From the NCBI GenBank assembly GCA_012840805.1, contig DUVY01000060.1:2640-66639 (forward strand): DNA of 64,000 nucleotides, read 5' to 3'. Numbering within the stretch: position 1 is the first letter of the stretch; every line of letters begins with the position of its first letter. Both the position numbers and the translations under genes were made by a program. The notes under the pieces were generated by a model. The model made no database searches. It worked only from the letters and a program-made list of their open reading frames with translations, and had not been told where the DNA came from. Below are positions 45,519 to 55,467 of the stretch, in pieces. The stretch comes from Clostridiales bacterium. GTDB lineage: Bacteria; Bacillota; Clostridia; Christensenellales; DUVY01.

Positions 45519-45595
45519 TTTATCACCTCTTTAGTGTTATTATATCATATAGTCAAAAACATATACAACGCGAACACTTTACAATATGATAACAT

Positions 45596-46918
45596 TTATT
45601 TAAACTCTATCTCAAAAAAGTTATCAATCTTATTATTTTTATAAACAGCCTTAAATAACGAGGCTTTGTTGTTTTTATCAATCAATAAAAAACTGTGAGG
45701 ATATTGCGAATAATAATTATTGGGCAAAATTTCCACATAGTCCTCAAAAAACTCTTCCAACTTTTGTTCGGTCAAGATTTCGTTCAAAGAATCGGTAAGA
45801 TAATATTTGGCTTCAGAAAAATCCTTACACTTTACCGCCTCAAAAACGGCTATGGGCATAAGCCTGATGTCTTGAGCGCGATTTGGCTCTTTGTTAACAT
45901 AAACATAATACTCATCGCTCTTTTCCAAGGTCTGACCGTCAAACACGCTAACCTTGCCCCTAAGCGCGATGTCGCGGTTGAGTTTCAGCGCGCTTATCTT
46001 TTTGCCCTCTTGATGAATAAGGTCAAAAAACCCTTCTATTTTGACTTCGTATTTTTTGGGCTTGCCCTTGATAACTAATAGATACTTATCTTTTAAATTA
46101 TCGTCTTCTTTTTGCGCGGTAACCGCCGCCACCAAGTCGGAATTGAGCATCTCGGCTTTTAAAGTTAGGTTTTTTAGATTTTTGGGCAAAGCATGGTAAA
46201 AAACATCCTTGCCGTATTCAATACAAAGACGGTCGGCTCCGTCATTGATAAGACTGACGATATAATTTTTTGCCGCGCCTTTTTGGGCGGGTTTTGTTTT
46301 ATTAACAGGCTGTTGATTTGATTTTTGTGAATTGGACTTGACAGGATTTTGAGAAATAGAATTACTTTGTATATCGTCTTTATTATCTTGAGATATTTTA
46401 ACCGATGTTTTTTGTATATTATTATTTGGGTGTCGCGTCAAATTATCCTTAGAATTTGTTTGTTTTTTCAAATCTTCCGAATTATTGATTTTTTGTTCTA
46501 TTATATTATTTGATATTTTGTCATCGCTATTTTTTTCAGTTATTTGCGCAATATTGACTTGTTCAGCAATCTGAAAATTATTTTGGGATGATTCCGCCTT
46601 TACCTTTATGCTTTGAAGTATTTTTTTGATAGGCGGCTCATACTCGGTTTGGTATTTGGGCGCGCAAAGTCTTAGTTCATAGCGTCTCGCGGGTAAGGCA
46701 ATTATAGTCCCAAACTCTTGGGGCAGGGTCATATTTGGGTTGACTCTCAAAGAAAAAGCGAAGGGCTTGTAATCCGATTCCAGCGGCATCGCCCAAAAGT
46801 ATAACAAAGCGTTTTCCTCGGTATAAAAAGTGATAGGTGTTGCGGCGTTGCCCAAAAACACGCCGTTTACCGTGATAAGAATATTATCGTTTCCAATTAT
46901 ATACAAATGGCTATTCAT
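45596..46918 (-). CDS. Hypothetical protein with a central N/Q/S/K-rich low-complexity linker
   Basis: Long ORF with no family recognised and no SD before the ATG. It is divergent from the RsfA-like gene. Confidence 0.45.
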   Translation of the reverse strand: MNSHLYIIGNDNILITVNGVFLGNAATPITFYTEENALLYFWAMPLESDYKPFAFSLRVNPNMTLPQEFGTIIALPARRYELRLCAPKYQTEYEPPIKKILQSIKVKAESSQNNFQIAEQVNIAQITEKNSDDKISNNIIEQKINNSEDLKKQTNSKDNLTRHPNNNIQKTSVKISQDNKDDIQSNSISQNPVKSNSQKSNQQPVNKTKPAQKGAAKNYIVSLINDGADRLCIEYGKDVFYHALPKNLKNLTLKAEMLNSDLVAAVTAQKEDDNLKDKYLLVIKGKPKKYEVKIEGFFDLIHQEGKKISALKLNRDIALRGKVSVFDGQTLEKSDEYYVYVNKEPNRAQDIRLMPIAVFEAVKCKDFSEAKYYLTDSLNEILTEQKLEEFFEDYVEILPNNYYSQYPHSFLLIDKNNKASLFKAVYKNNKIDNFFEIEFK

Positions 46919-47011
46919 ATTGTAATTTTATGCCTATGTAAGACTTAATTATGTATAACATTTTGTTTTTGTGTCCATAATTTAAACATCAAATTATATC
47001 GGAGTGTTTAT

Positions 47012-47887
47012 ATGGAATGGACCGTAGAAGAAACCAAAAGGTTGTTTGAGTTATGCGCCCAAGCGCGAAAAGAGGGCAAGGGTCTAAAGACCGCGTTTGA
47101 GACAGTAGCGCGCGAAGTCGGACGCAAGCCTAACAGCGTGCGAAACTATTATTACGCCCATCTAAAAACCCTAAGCCTTATGCCCGAGATGTCCCAAAAG
47201 CTCGGCATCAAAGTTTTGCCGTCTAGAACGACTTCGTTCAAAACATTTAGCGAGTCCGAAATCATAGAGTTGGTAAGGCATATTTTGATAGAGCAGGCTA
47301 AGGGCAAGAGCGTGCGAAGCATTACCACCGAGATGGCAAAGGGCGACAAGAGCCTTATGCTCAGGCTTCAAAACAAATACCGCAGCGTGGTCTTTAGACA
47401 AAGAAAGAAGACCGAAAACATTATAAGGGAATTACGCGCCCAAAAAATCACATTCTTTAATCCTTACACCAAAAGCGTGGTCACTGACGGCGTGGAAGAA
47501 CCTATGGACGACTACGCGTTGTTTAGCAATCTCAAGACCATTACCGCCTCGCTAGATGACGAGCAGGTCAAGGATTTGTTTAAGGGATTGGCGCGGTTAG
47601 TCCAAATGGCGACATCCAATCCGAGCGACGAGCATACTATTGATATCAAAGTGCTTGAACTCAAAAAGAAAGAACTAGAAGCCCAAAAGCTAGCCGAAGA
47701 GAACAAGTCACTAAAGAGCATGATAGAAAAATTGCGCCTTGAGCTTACCGAGCGCAAACTTGACAGTAATTTGGAACAGTTAAGAGAAATCAACAAGACA
47801 TTTTTGACCAAAGCTGACAACGACAAGATAAAAAGCTTGGGCGAGTATGTCTCGGAATTGGGCAAAATTTTGGCTAAGACCAAATAA
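47012..47887 (+). CDS. RsfA-family (Myb/SANT-like) sporulation transcription regulator with C-terminal coiled coil
   Basis: WTVEETKRLFELCAQARKEGKGLKTAFETVAREVGRKPNSVRNYYY parallels the RsfA N-terminal W..EED...L.....G......F..V.....R.......W pattern. Confidence 0.55.
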   Translation: MEWTVEETKRLFELCAQARKEGKGLKTAFETVAREVGRKPNSVRNYYYAHLKTLSLMPEMSQKLGIKVLPSRTTSFKTFSESEIIELVRHILIEQAKGKSVRSITTEMAKGDKSLMLRLQNKYRSVVFRQRKKTENIIRELRAQKITFFNPYTKSVVTDGVEEPMDDYALFSNLKTITASLDDEQVKDLFKGLARLVQMATSNPSDEHTIDIKVLELKKKELEAQKLAEENKSLKSMIEKLRLELTERKLDSNLEQLREINKTFLTKADNDKIKSLGEYVSELGKILAKTK

Positions 47888-47898
47888 ATAGAAAAAAG

Positions 47899-48780
47899 TT
47901 ATTTAAACGACGATATAAATTCATTGACCGCGAAAGATGCGGGAACATCTTTCAGCGTGGCAAGCCCGATACCTCGCGAGGGCAGCGGCGGGTCAGTCTT
48001 GATTTCTATCAGCATTCCCTCGTTCAACTCTTTTTGGATGTATTCTTTTACCACGCAGGCAATTCCAAGCCCGTTGATAGCAAACTCTTTTAACAAGTCA
48101 AGACTGCCAAGTTCTATATCAGGCGTTACATTAACGCCGTTTTCTTTTAGGAAGGTTAGGACATTTTTTCGGGAATTGCTGTTTTTGTCCAGCATCATAA
48201 GCGTATGGTCGGTCAAAACGGACAGGCTTTGGGTCTGTTCCGCCAAAGACTTATGCTTTTGATTGGTAACAAAGCAATCGCGCACTCGATCAATCTCGGT
48301 AATTTCTAGCGCTGAATCATTAACGGGCATATTGACAAACGCCACGTCAATCAGCCCCGTCTTTAACAAGTCAATAGCGCCCGTGGAAGTGCAATTGGTA
48401 AGCTGAATTTTGATTTGGGGGTGCTTTTCGTGAAAAGCGTTAATCTTATCCAAAAGATGATACTTGATAAGGCTGTCGCCCGCGCCAATATGCAAAACGC
48501 CAATCGCTAAGTTTTTCATCTGTCTAAATTTGTTTTCAGCCGACTTTATCAAGTCAATAGCTTTCTCAACATATCCAAACATCATCTCGCCTTCGTTTTC
48601 TGTCAGTTTCATTCCTTTGGGCGTGCGCACAAAAAGTCTTCCGCCCAACAAAGTTTCTAGCTGTTTTATGGATTGGCTGACAGCGGGTTGCGTTATGTAA
48701 AGCTCTTTTGCCGCTTTGGTGAGATTGCCTGTTTTACCCACCGTATAAAAGACTTTGTATAACTCCAAATCTATTGACAT
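47899..48780 (-). CDS. LysR-family transcriptional regulator
   Basis: N-terminal HTH LELYKVFYTVGKTGNLTKAAKELYITQPAVSQSIKQLE plus a periplasmic-binding-like effector domain. Confidence 0.85.
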   Translation of the reverse strand: MSIDLELYKVFYTVGKTGNLTKAAKELYITQPAVSQSIKQLETLLGGRLFVRTPKGMKLTENEGEMMFGYVEKAIDLIKSAENKFRQMKNLAIGVLHIGAGDSLIKYHLLDKINAFHEKHPQIKIQLTNCTSTGAIDLLKTGLIDVAFVNMPVNDSALEITEIDRVRDCFVTNQKHKSLAEQTQSLSVLTDHTLMMLDKNSNSRKNVLTFLKENGVNVTPDIELGSLDLLKEFAINGLGIACVVKEYIQKELNEGMLIEIKTDPPLPSRGIGLATLKDVPASFAVNEFISSFK

Positions 48781-48917
48781 AATTTTACCTTATGAAGCTT
48801 GCGCTTTTGTTAATTTTTTCTTATGTTTATTATATCTCAAAATAATTGTAATGGCAATGCCTAATTAAAATTAAGTTTTAGTTCAAGGCGCTTTTAAAAC
48901 CAAGATATATATTTTTA

Positions 48918-48946
48918 TTGACTAACACAATCAAAATTGCTAATAT
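48918..48946 (+). promoter_or_regulatory. Sigma-A-type promoter (TTGACT-17-TAATAT)
   Basis: Counted directly. It lies upstream of the amino-acid-kinase gene and is divergent from the LysR gene. Confidence 0.45.
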
Positions 48947-48978
48947 TGCGTTAAGGTTTATTTTTGGAGAACGACTTT

Positions 48979-49806
48979 ATGAAGTTTGATATCGAGTTGG
49001 TCGGCAAAATCGGCTCAATGGCGCTAATCAACGAAGAAAAAAACGATTTAGATTACAATAAGTTTGCCCGTATCGGCAAAGAGTTAAAGCCCGGGGTTGT
49101 TTGGGTTTCAAGCGGCGCTACCGAGATTGGCAGGCTTGATTATATAAAACGCATGGGTTGCGAGCTAAAAGGCGACACCGAAGACAACAAGACCGATTAT
49201 TCGGCGCAAGGCCAGGCGATTTTGATGCAAACATACAGGATGTTTATTAACCCTAATTATAATATAAGACAGGTTTTGGTCGAGCATCAGCATTTTAACA
49301 ACGAAGAAAAAAGAGAGCATATAAGAAATTTTTTGTTTAGATGCGTCGCCCAAAAAGCCATTCCTATAATCAACTATAACGACGCCGTGTCATACGAGGA
49401 AAATCGCCGTATGGAGATTGCCGCCTTGAAAAAAAATGGGGGCAACAATGTGGTAGAACTTGTGGACAATGACGAGACCGCGAGCTTAATAGCTTGTTTG
49501 GTAAAGACCCAAAAATTGTTGATTTTGACGAGCGTTGACGGAATTTATAAAGACCCCAAAGACCCCTCCACTTTGATAGACCAGATAAGCGGCAAAGATA
49601 TATACGAGGTTTTGGACAATATAGAGGCGTGCAAGGCGTTGTGCCGAGGCTCAAGCAGAGAGGGCGCGGGCGGAGCAGCCGCTAAGCTGGAATACATAAA
49701 AGAGCCTGTCAAGATGGGCACGCATGTTTATATAGCTAACGCGAAATACTCTATCAAAGATATTTTGGAAGGCAAAGCCAGAAGGACTTTTATAGGCGTA
49801 AGATGA
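48979..49806 (+). CDS. Amino-acid-kinase family protein, glutamate 5-kinase (ProB)-like without a PUA domain (start moved to the ATG at 48979)
   Basis: VGKIGSMAL, VWVSSGATEIGR, QGQAILMQ, IPIINYNDAV and LTSVDGIYKDP match the AAK fold. No proA is adjacent. Confidence 0.5.
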   Translation: MKFDIELVGKIGSMALINEEKNDLDYNKFARIGKELKPGVVWVSSGATEIGRLDYIKRMGCELKGDTEDNKTDYSAQGQAILMQTYRMFINPNYNIRQVLVEHQHFNNEEKREHIRNFLFRCVAQKAIPIINYNDAVSYEENRRMEIAALKKNGGNNVVELVDNDETASLIACLVKTQKLLILTSVDGIYKDPKDPSTLIDQISGKDIYEVLDNIEACKALCRGSSREGAGGAAAKLEYIKEPVKMGTHVYIANAKYSIKDILEGKARRTFIGVR

Positions 49807-49885
49807 ATTTCTCTTTATAAAAAATCTATCTTTGAAACATCCTAATATTTGGCGGCGTTTTTTGGAAAAAGCATAAGCTATTTGT

Positions 49886-49914
49886 TTGACGAATTATTAA
49901 ATCGGAGGTATAAT
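49886..49914 (+). promoter_or_regulatory. Near-consensus sigma-A promoter of the suf operon (TTGACG-17-TATAAT)
   Basis: Counted directly. Confidence 0.65.
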
Positions 49915-49918
49915 GATA

Positions 49919-49943
49919 ATACTCTACCAATATGGTAGGGTAT
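49919..49943. promoter_or_regulatory. 25-bp palindrome (candidate repressor operator) immediately downstream of the suf -10 box
   Basis: ATACTCTACCA-ATA-TGGTAGGGTAT with 10 of 11 arm positions complementary. Confidence 0.45.
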
Positions 49944-49962
49944 TTATTGTTATAGGAGCAGT

Positions 49963-50724
49963 ATGAAAAAAGCACTTATTAAAATACAAGATCTCCATGT
50001 CAAGATAAAAGACAAGGAGATTCTAAAAGGCGTAAATTTGGAAATTGGCGGCGGCGAGATTCACGCCGTTATGGGTCCCAACGGAAACGGAAAGTCCACT
50101 TTGGCAGCTGTCGTTATGGGCAGCCCTTTTTTTGAGATTACTAAGGGCAAGATTATCTATGACGGCGTGGATATAACTAATATGCCGATTGACGAGAGAG
50201 CGAGACGAGGCATATTTCTGGGTATGCAATATCCGAGCGAAATCAGCGGCGTTACCAATATGCAGTTTTTATATTCGGCTTATAACGCTATAAACTCGGA
50301 CCAAAAAATATCTCTGGGCGCGCTGAAAAAAAATGTGACGGCGGCGGCCGCGGCGCTGGAAATGGGCAAGGACATGCCCAACCGTTATCTAAACGTTGGG
50401 TTTTCGGGCGGCGAAAAAAAGCGCAACGAAATTTTGCAAATGCTTATGTTGCGCCCTCGTTTTGTAATGTTGGACGAGATTGATTCGGGGCTAGATATAG
50501 ACGCTTTGCAAACAGTGGGCAGAAACATAACGGATTACGCGATCCAAATGGGCGAAAACGCGGCCTTTTTGATTATTACGCATTATCAAAGATTGTTAAA
50601 CTATGTCAAGCCCGATTTTGTGCATGTTCTATATGAGGGCAAGATTGCCGCCTCAGGCGGAGTAGAGCTTTCTTTGAAACTTGAGAGCGAAGGTTACGAA
50701 TGGTTGAGACAGCAAAGCGTCTAA
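49963..50724 (+). CDS. sufC: Fe-S cluster assembly ATPase SufC
   Basis: Walker A GPNGNGKST, ABC signature FSGGEKKR, and Walker B VMLDEIDSGLD. Confidence 0.9.
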   Translation: MKKALIKIQDLHVKIKDKEILKGVNLEIGGGEIHAVMGPNGNGKSTLAAVVMGSPFFEITKGKIIYDGVDITNMPIDERARRGIFLGMQYPSEISGVTNMQFLYSAYNAINSDQKISLGALKKNVTAAAAALEMGKDMPNRYLNVGFSGGEKKRNEILQMLMLRPRFVMLDEIDSGLDIDALQTVGRNITDYAIQMGENAAFLIITHYQRLLNYVKPDFVHVLYEGKIAASGGVELSLKLESEGYEWLRQQSV

Positions 50725-51521
50725 TTTACGCGAAAGACCACAAAACAATAGAAATTAACCAAGACGGCGTTTATCGTCTGCATTTTAGTGGCGTTCAAGA
50801 TAAAGTAAATGTCGTAATTGCCCAAAACACAAGAGCGTTTATTACGCATAGGTTTTGCCCTCGCTCGCCCTTTATGGATATTGATTATAAGCTGGAAGAT
50901 GGCGCGCAACTGACGCTTAGCGCTTTTTCGGCTTGCAAGACTATGCGAGCCGATCATAATATAATATTGGGCGCTAATAGTGTTTTTGAGGGTTATTACG
51001 GTTTTGCGGGGCAGAGCGTGCAAGATAATTGGGCGATAGATTTATACTCAGGCGCCGTTGCCAAACTTTATGCCGTTAGCTTTTGCCAAAACTCAGACCG
51101 ACACGCTCATAATTTAACCACCCGCCAAATACAAGGCGACAACAAAGTTCGGTTTAGAGGGCGGGGCGTGGCGGTTATGGATTCTATGTGCCAATTTATC
51201 ACCAAAGGCGTAATCAACAAGGGCAGTTCGGGCGCTTATTGCTCGCACAGAAGCAAGATTTTGACCCTATCCGACAACGCCAAAGCCCAAATTGACCCGA
51301 GCCTTATTATAGACGAATACGATGTTCAAGCCGCGCATTCGGGCAGCGTGGGCAGAATAGGCAAAGACGAGTTGTTTTATATGATGTCGCGGGGCTTGAG
51401 CGAACAAGAGGTTATTAACCTTATTTCGTACGGTTTTTTGGTGTCTAGGATTGAGGGGTTTTTGATAAAACCCGATAGATTGAGATTTTACAAAGCGATA
51501 AAAAAGCAGGAAACGCTATGA
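50700..51521 (+). CDS. sufD: Fe-S cluster assembly protein SufD (short, clostridial-type; start uncertain)
   Basis: Beta-helix region and C-terminal AAHSGSVGRIGKDELFYMMSRGLSEQE motif. Positioned between sufC and sufS. Confidence 0.7.
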   Translation: MVETAKRLIYAKDHKTIEINQDGVYRLHFSGVQDKVNVVIAQNTRAFITHRFCPRSPFMDIDYKLEDGAQLTLSAFSACKTMRADHNIILGANSVFEGYYGFAGQSVQDNWAIDLYSGAVAKLYAVSFCQNSDRHAHNLTTRQIQGDNKVRFRGRGVAVMDSMCQFITKGVINKGSSGAYCSHRSKILTLSDNAKAQIDPSLIIDEYDVQAAHSGSVGRIGKDELFYMMSRGLSEQEVINLISYGFLVSRIEGFLIKPDRLRFYKAIKKQETL

Positions 51522-52723
51522 ACAAATATAGAAAAGATTTCGCTCTTATAAAAAAAGGCGAATGGGTATATCTAAACAACGCGGCGCAAACGCTCGCGCC
51601 CAAGCCTGTGATAGACGAAATGACTAGGTATTATACTGAGGTAGGCGCCAATGTCCACAGAGGCGTGGACTCGTTGGGATTTGAGGCGACCAGACTATAC
51701 GATCTCGCGCGCGAAAAGGTCGCCAAATTTTTGGGCGCGACCGATAAAGGTCAAGTTATTTTTACCCGCGGTACGACATCGGCGCTCAATCTAATAGCTC
51801 GCTCTTTTGGTCAGACTTTGTCCGAGGGCGATGAGATAGCGGTGTCAATGTCCGAGCATCATTCCAACTTTGTGCCTTATCAACAGCTCGCCAAGGAAAA
51901 AAACTTAAAATTAGTCTTTGTTCCGCTGGACGAGCAAGGTTGCGTTACCGCCCAAAACCTAAAAAGCGTGTTGTCGCCCAAAACCAAAATAGTCGCGTTG
52001 TCGCATATGACCAATGTTTTGGGCTCGGTCAACGATATTAAGGCATTGACGGATATCGCGCACTCAGTAGGCGCCGTAATAGCCATAGACGGCGCGCAAG
52101 GCGCTGTCCATATGCCCGCGGATGTGGACAAAAACGATATAGATTTTTACGCGCTGGGCGCGCACAAAATGCTGGGTCCTACGGGCATAGGCGCGCTGTA
52201 TGCCAAAAACCATTTGCTTGATATAATGCCGCCTATTGAAACGGGCGGGGATATGGTGGATATCGTTACTAAAGAACATACTTCTTATCTGGACGCGCCC
52301 AATAAGTTTGAGGCGGGAACGCCTATGATAGCCGAGGCAATAGGCTGGGGAAAGGCGATAGATTATTTTTTGGAGATTGGGTATTCGGCAATCAATACGC
52401 AAATACAGCGTTTGCGAAAAATTATGGTTGAGAGAATGAAAATCGAAATTCCCGATGTCATAATATATAATGAAAATGCCGGGCATTCGCCTATGGTTAC
52501 TTTTAATATTAAGGGCGTGCATTCGCACGATGTCGCCAGCGTCCTAGACCACGAAAAAATATGCGTGCGGGCGGGACACCATTGCGCGCAATTGATGCAC
52601 GACTGGCTTGGGATTACATCATCGGTAAGAGCCAGTCTTATGTTCTATAACAACGAGCAAGATATTGACAGGTTTATCCAAGCCCTGAAAAAAGCAAAGG
52701 ATTTTATAAATGTCTTATTTTGA
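51518..52723 (+). CDS. sufS: Cysteine desulfurase SufS (class V aminotransferase, group II)
   Basis: SEHHSN, SHMTNVLG, GAHKMLGPTGIG (PLP lysine) and RAGHHCAQ (catalytic Cys). Confidence 0.9.
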   Translation: MNKYRKDFALIKKGEWVYLNNAAQTLAPKPVIDEMTRYYTEVGANVHRGVDSLGFEATRLYDLAREKVAKFLGATDKGQVIFTRGTTSALNLIARSFGQTLSEGDEIAVSMSEHHSNFVPYQQLAKEKNLKLVFVPLDEQGCVTAQNLKSVLSPKTKIVALSHMTNVLGSVNDIKALTDIAHSVGAVIAIDGAQGAVHMPADVDKNDIDFYALGAHKMLGPTGIGALYAKNHLLDIMPPIETGGDMVDIVTKEHTSYLDAPNKFEAGTPMIAEAIGWGKAIDYFLEIGYSAINTQIQRLRKIMVERMKIEIPDVIIYNENAGHSPMVTFNIKGVHSHDVASVLDHEKICVRAGHHCAQLMHDWLGITSSVRASLMFYNNEQDIDRFIQALKKAKDFINVLF

Positions 52724-53147
52724 TGAAAGCTTATCTCGAGAGATTATACTTGATCATTACCAAAACCCTCGCGGCAAAACTATTCCGCAAGGGTATAAGA
52801 CCGTTACGCTAAAGAATGTGTCTTGCGGCGATATAGTAAGCGTGGGCGCGTTATGCGACCAAGAGATTATAAAAGACATAAGACACGAAGGAACGGGCTG
52901 CTCCATATGTTGCGCCAGCGCGTCAATGATGTGCGAGCTATTAAAAGACAAAAGCTATTCTCAGGCTTTAGAGATTGCCCAAGAGTTTAGCAAAATGATG
53001 ACAAGGCAAGAGTATGACTGCGAGATTTTGGGGGACGCTTGCGCTTTAGAGGGCATTAACAAATTATTGCCCCGAATAAAATGCGCGACGCTTGCTTGGA
53101 GCGCCGCTAAAGAACTATTGACAGGAGAACAAAAAGCCGATGGATGA
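52710..53147 (+). CDS. sufU: Sulfur-transfer/scaffold protein SufU (IscU-like)
   Basis: [28 protein letters not shown] and RIKCATLAW motifs. Confidence 0.85.
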   Translation: MSYFDESLSREIILDHYQNPRGKTIPQGYKTVTLKNVSCGDIVSVGALCDQEIIKDIRHEGTGCSICCASASMMCELLKDKSYSQALEIAQEFSKMMTRQEYDCEILGDACALEGINKLLPRIKCATLAWSAAKELLTGEQKADG

Positions 53148-54516
53148 TTATAGATACGGGTTTAACGACGGCGATGTGGGCGTGTTTTCGCTTGAGCGCG
53201 GGCTTGACGAAGACCGCGTCCGACAGATAAGCGCCATAAAAGGCGAGCCCCAATGGATGACCGAGTTTAGAGTCAAAAGCTACCGTCAATATACCAAGTC
53301 CAAATTGCCGACTTGGGCTAATCATCTTATCCAATTGGAAGAAGACCAATTAAGATACTACATTAAGCCAAGCGAACGCGTGGCGACCGATTGGGGACAA
53401 GTGCCCGAAAAGATAAAAAAGACCTTTGACGCTTTGGGCTTGCCCGAAGCCGAGAAAAAACATCTAGCAGGCGTCGCTACCCAATACGAATCCGAAGTAG
53501 TCTATCAGTCAATACAGCAAGAATTAGAACAAAAGGGCGTTATATTTTTGGACACCGACACAGCGCTAAAGCGCCATCCCGATTTGTTTAGGCAATACTT
53601 TGGAACGCTTGTGCCCTATAATGACAACAAATACGCTAGTCTAAACAGCGCCGTTTGGTCGGGCGGGTCGTTTATCTATGTGCCTAAGGGCGTCAAGCTA
53701 GAACAGCCTTTGCAGTCGTATTTTAGAATGAACGCCGAGCAGATGGGTCAGTTTGAAAGGACTTTGATTATTGTGGACGAGGGCGCGCAATTACATTATG
53801 TGGAGGGCTGCACAGCGCCCAAATACAGCAAAGACTCTTTGCACGCCGCAGTCGTTGAGATTTTTGTGGCGGACGGGGCTAGATGCCGCTATTCCACAAT
53901 CCAAAATTGGTCGGATAATGTTTATAATCTTGTCACTAAAAGGGCGGTTTGCGGGCGTGACGCCGTTATGGAATGGATAGACGGCAATTTAGGGTCTAAG
54001 TTGACAATGAAATATCCCGCCATTATCCTTAAAGGTGAGGGCGCGGCGGGCACGACCATTTCTATTGCCGTGGCGAGCAAAGGACAGATTCAAGACGCTG
54101 GCTCTAAGATGATTCATCTAGCGCCCAATACATCGTCTACCGTGGTTTCCAAGTCAATCGCCAAAAACGGCGGCAACGCGACATACCGCGGCGAGATAGT
54201 GCATTCTGAAAACGCGCGCCACTCTTTTAGCCATATAGAATGCGACACGCTTATTCTGGACGAGCTATCAAAATCTGACACCATACCTTTTAACAAATTA
54301 CTCAACGGGACTTCTATCCTAGAACACGAAGCCCGAGTGTCCAAGGTATCCAAAGACCAGTTGTTTTATCTTATGAGCAGGGGTTTAAGCGAAGAACAAG
54401 CGACCGAGATGATAGTTTTGGGCTTTATTGAGCCGTTTTCAAGAGAATTGCCTATGGAATACGCGATTGAGCTTAATCAATTATTAAAAATGGATATGAG
54501 CGGGTCAATAGGGTAA
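53140..54516 (+). CDS. sufB: Fe-S cluster assembly scaffold SufB
   Basis: [33 protein letters not shown], and [26 protein letters not shown]. Confidence 0.9.
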   Translation: MDDYRYGFNDGDVGVFSLERGLDEDRVRQISAIKGEPQWMTEFRVKSYRQYTKSKLPTWANHLIQLEEDQLRYYIKPSERVATDWGQVPEKIKKTFDALGLPEAEKKHLAGVATQYESEVVYQSIQQELEQKGVIFLDTDTALKRHPDLFRQYFGTLVPYNDNKYASLNSAVWSGGSFIYVPKGVKLEQPLQSYFRMNAEQMGQFERTLIIVDEGAQLHYVEGCTAPKYSKDSLHAAVVEIFVADGARCRYSTIQNWSDNVYNLVTKRAVCGRDAVMEWIDGNLGSKLTMKYPAIILKGEGAAGTTISIAVASKGQIQDAGSKMIHLAPNTSSTVVSKSIAKNGGNATYRGEIVHSENARHSFSHIECDTLILDELSKSDTIPFNKLLNGTSILEHEARVSKVSKDQLFYLMSRGLSEEQATEMIVLGFIEPFSRELPMEYAIELNQLLKMDMSGSIG

Positions 54517-54606
54517 AAAAGAATAAATAACTTTGAAAAAATTACAAATTATAGGACGAAAAAATTTTTAATACTTTATAGAACAAAATAAAAATTTAAA
54601 TCGCTT

Positions 54607-55404
54607 TCAAATTTTTATCTCAAAATTTTGTCTATTTTTTGTTATGGTATAGTATTTGAAACCTATATCTTTTAGGATTTTGCTTACGGTCTCAAAATTA
54701 TGGGCTAGTTTTTGGGCGTTGTGGGCGTCTGAGCCAAATGTGACAAGCCTGCCGCCTAGTTCGTAATATCTTTTTATGACTTCTAAAGAGGGAATTGTAG
54801 GCTCTTGCAAGCCATCGGCGCTTGTGTTGATTTCTAAGATTTTTTGTTTTTGGATAATCTTTTTCAAGATTTTGTCTAGTATGTCTTCAAATTCGCAATA
54901 TTTATATTCTTTGGGGTTATACGGCGCTTTTCTTATAACATAGCCCAAATGCCCTACGGCGCTGTAATAATAAGGCGCGTCCAGACTGTCCAAAATCCTC
55001 TCAAAATACGCCATATAGCTAGAGCGCTTGTCTTTGCCCTGATGATATTCGGGAAAGTAACAGTCTATGCCATCTATCTCGTGCACGCTGTTGATTATAT
55101 AATCAAAAGGATAATTTCGGACAATCTCCTCGTTTTGCGAGTTTTGGGCGGGCATATAACCCATCTCTATCCCTATCAGCAAATTAACGCTCTGATTTTT
55201 GGCTAAGCCTATAAAGGATTCTAAAGTTTGGCAATATCTAGAAATATCTAACTCGGGCGTTGAGTATTTTGAGCTGTTGTCAAAATGGTCGGTAATAGCG
55301 AGATATTTCAGCCCCAATTTTTTGGCGCGCAAAATAAGTTCGCAAATGTCTTGTTCGGAATCAAAAGAAAAATTAGTATGAGTATGCAAATCAAATTTTA
55401 TCAT
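54607..55404 (-). CDS. HisJ-family histidinol-phosphatase-like PHP-domain protein
   Basis: FDLHTHTNFSFDS, AITDHFD, and GSDAHN motifs. Confidence 0.7.
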   Translation of the reverse strand: MIKFDLHTHTNFSFDSEQDICELILRAKKLGLKYLAITDHFDNSSKYSTPELDISRYCQTLESFIGLAKNQSVNLLIGIEMGYMPAQNSQNEEIVRNYPFDYIINSVHEIDGIDCYFPEYHQGKDKRSSYMAYFERILDSLDAPYYYSAVGHLGYVIRKAPYNPKEYKYCEFEDILDKILKKIIQKQKILEINTSADGLQEPTIPSLEVIKRYYELGGRLVTFGSDAHNAQKLAHNFETVSKILKDIGFKYYTITKNRQNFEIKI

Positions 55405-55467
55405 AAGCGAAAATGTATAACCGCGCGAAAGCCCAAAAAATATTCAGGCTTTCGCGCTAATATTTTT

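Noticed and set aside
48840-48880. LysR T-N11-A box (ATTG-N6-CAAT and A/T-rich near-palindromes)
   Set aside because: The spacing does not fit T-N11-A, and the arms are short and AT-rich. They cannot be distinguished from background.
52064-52528. 154-aa minus-strand ORF
   Set aside because: It is antisense to sufS.
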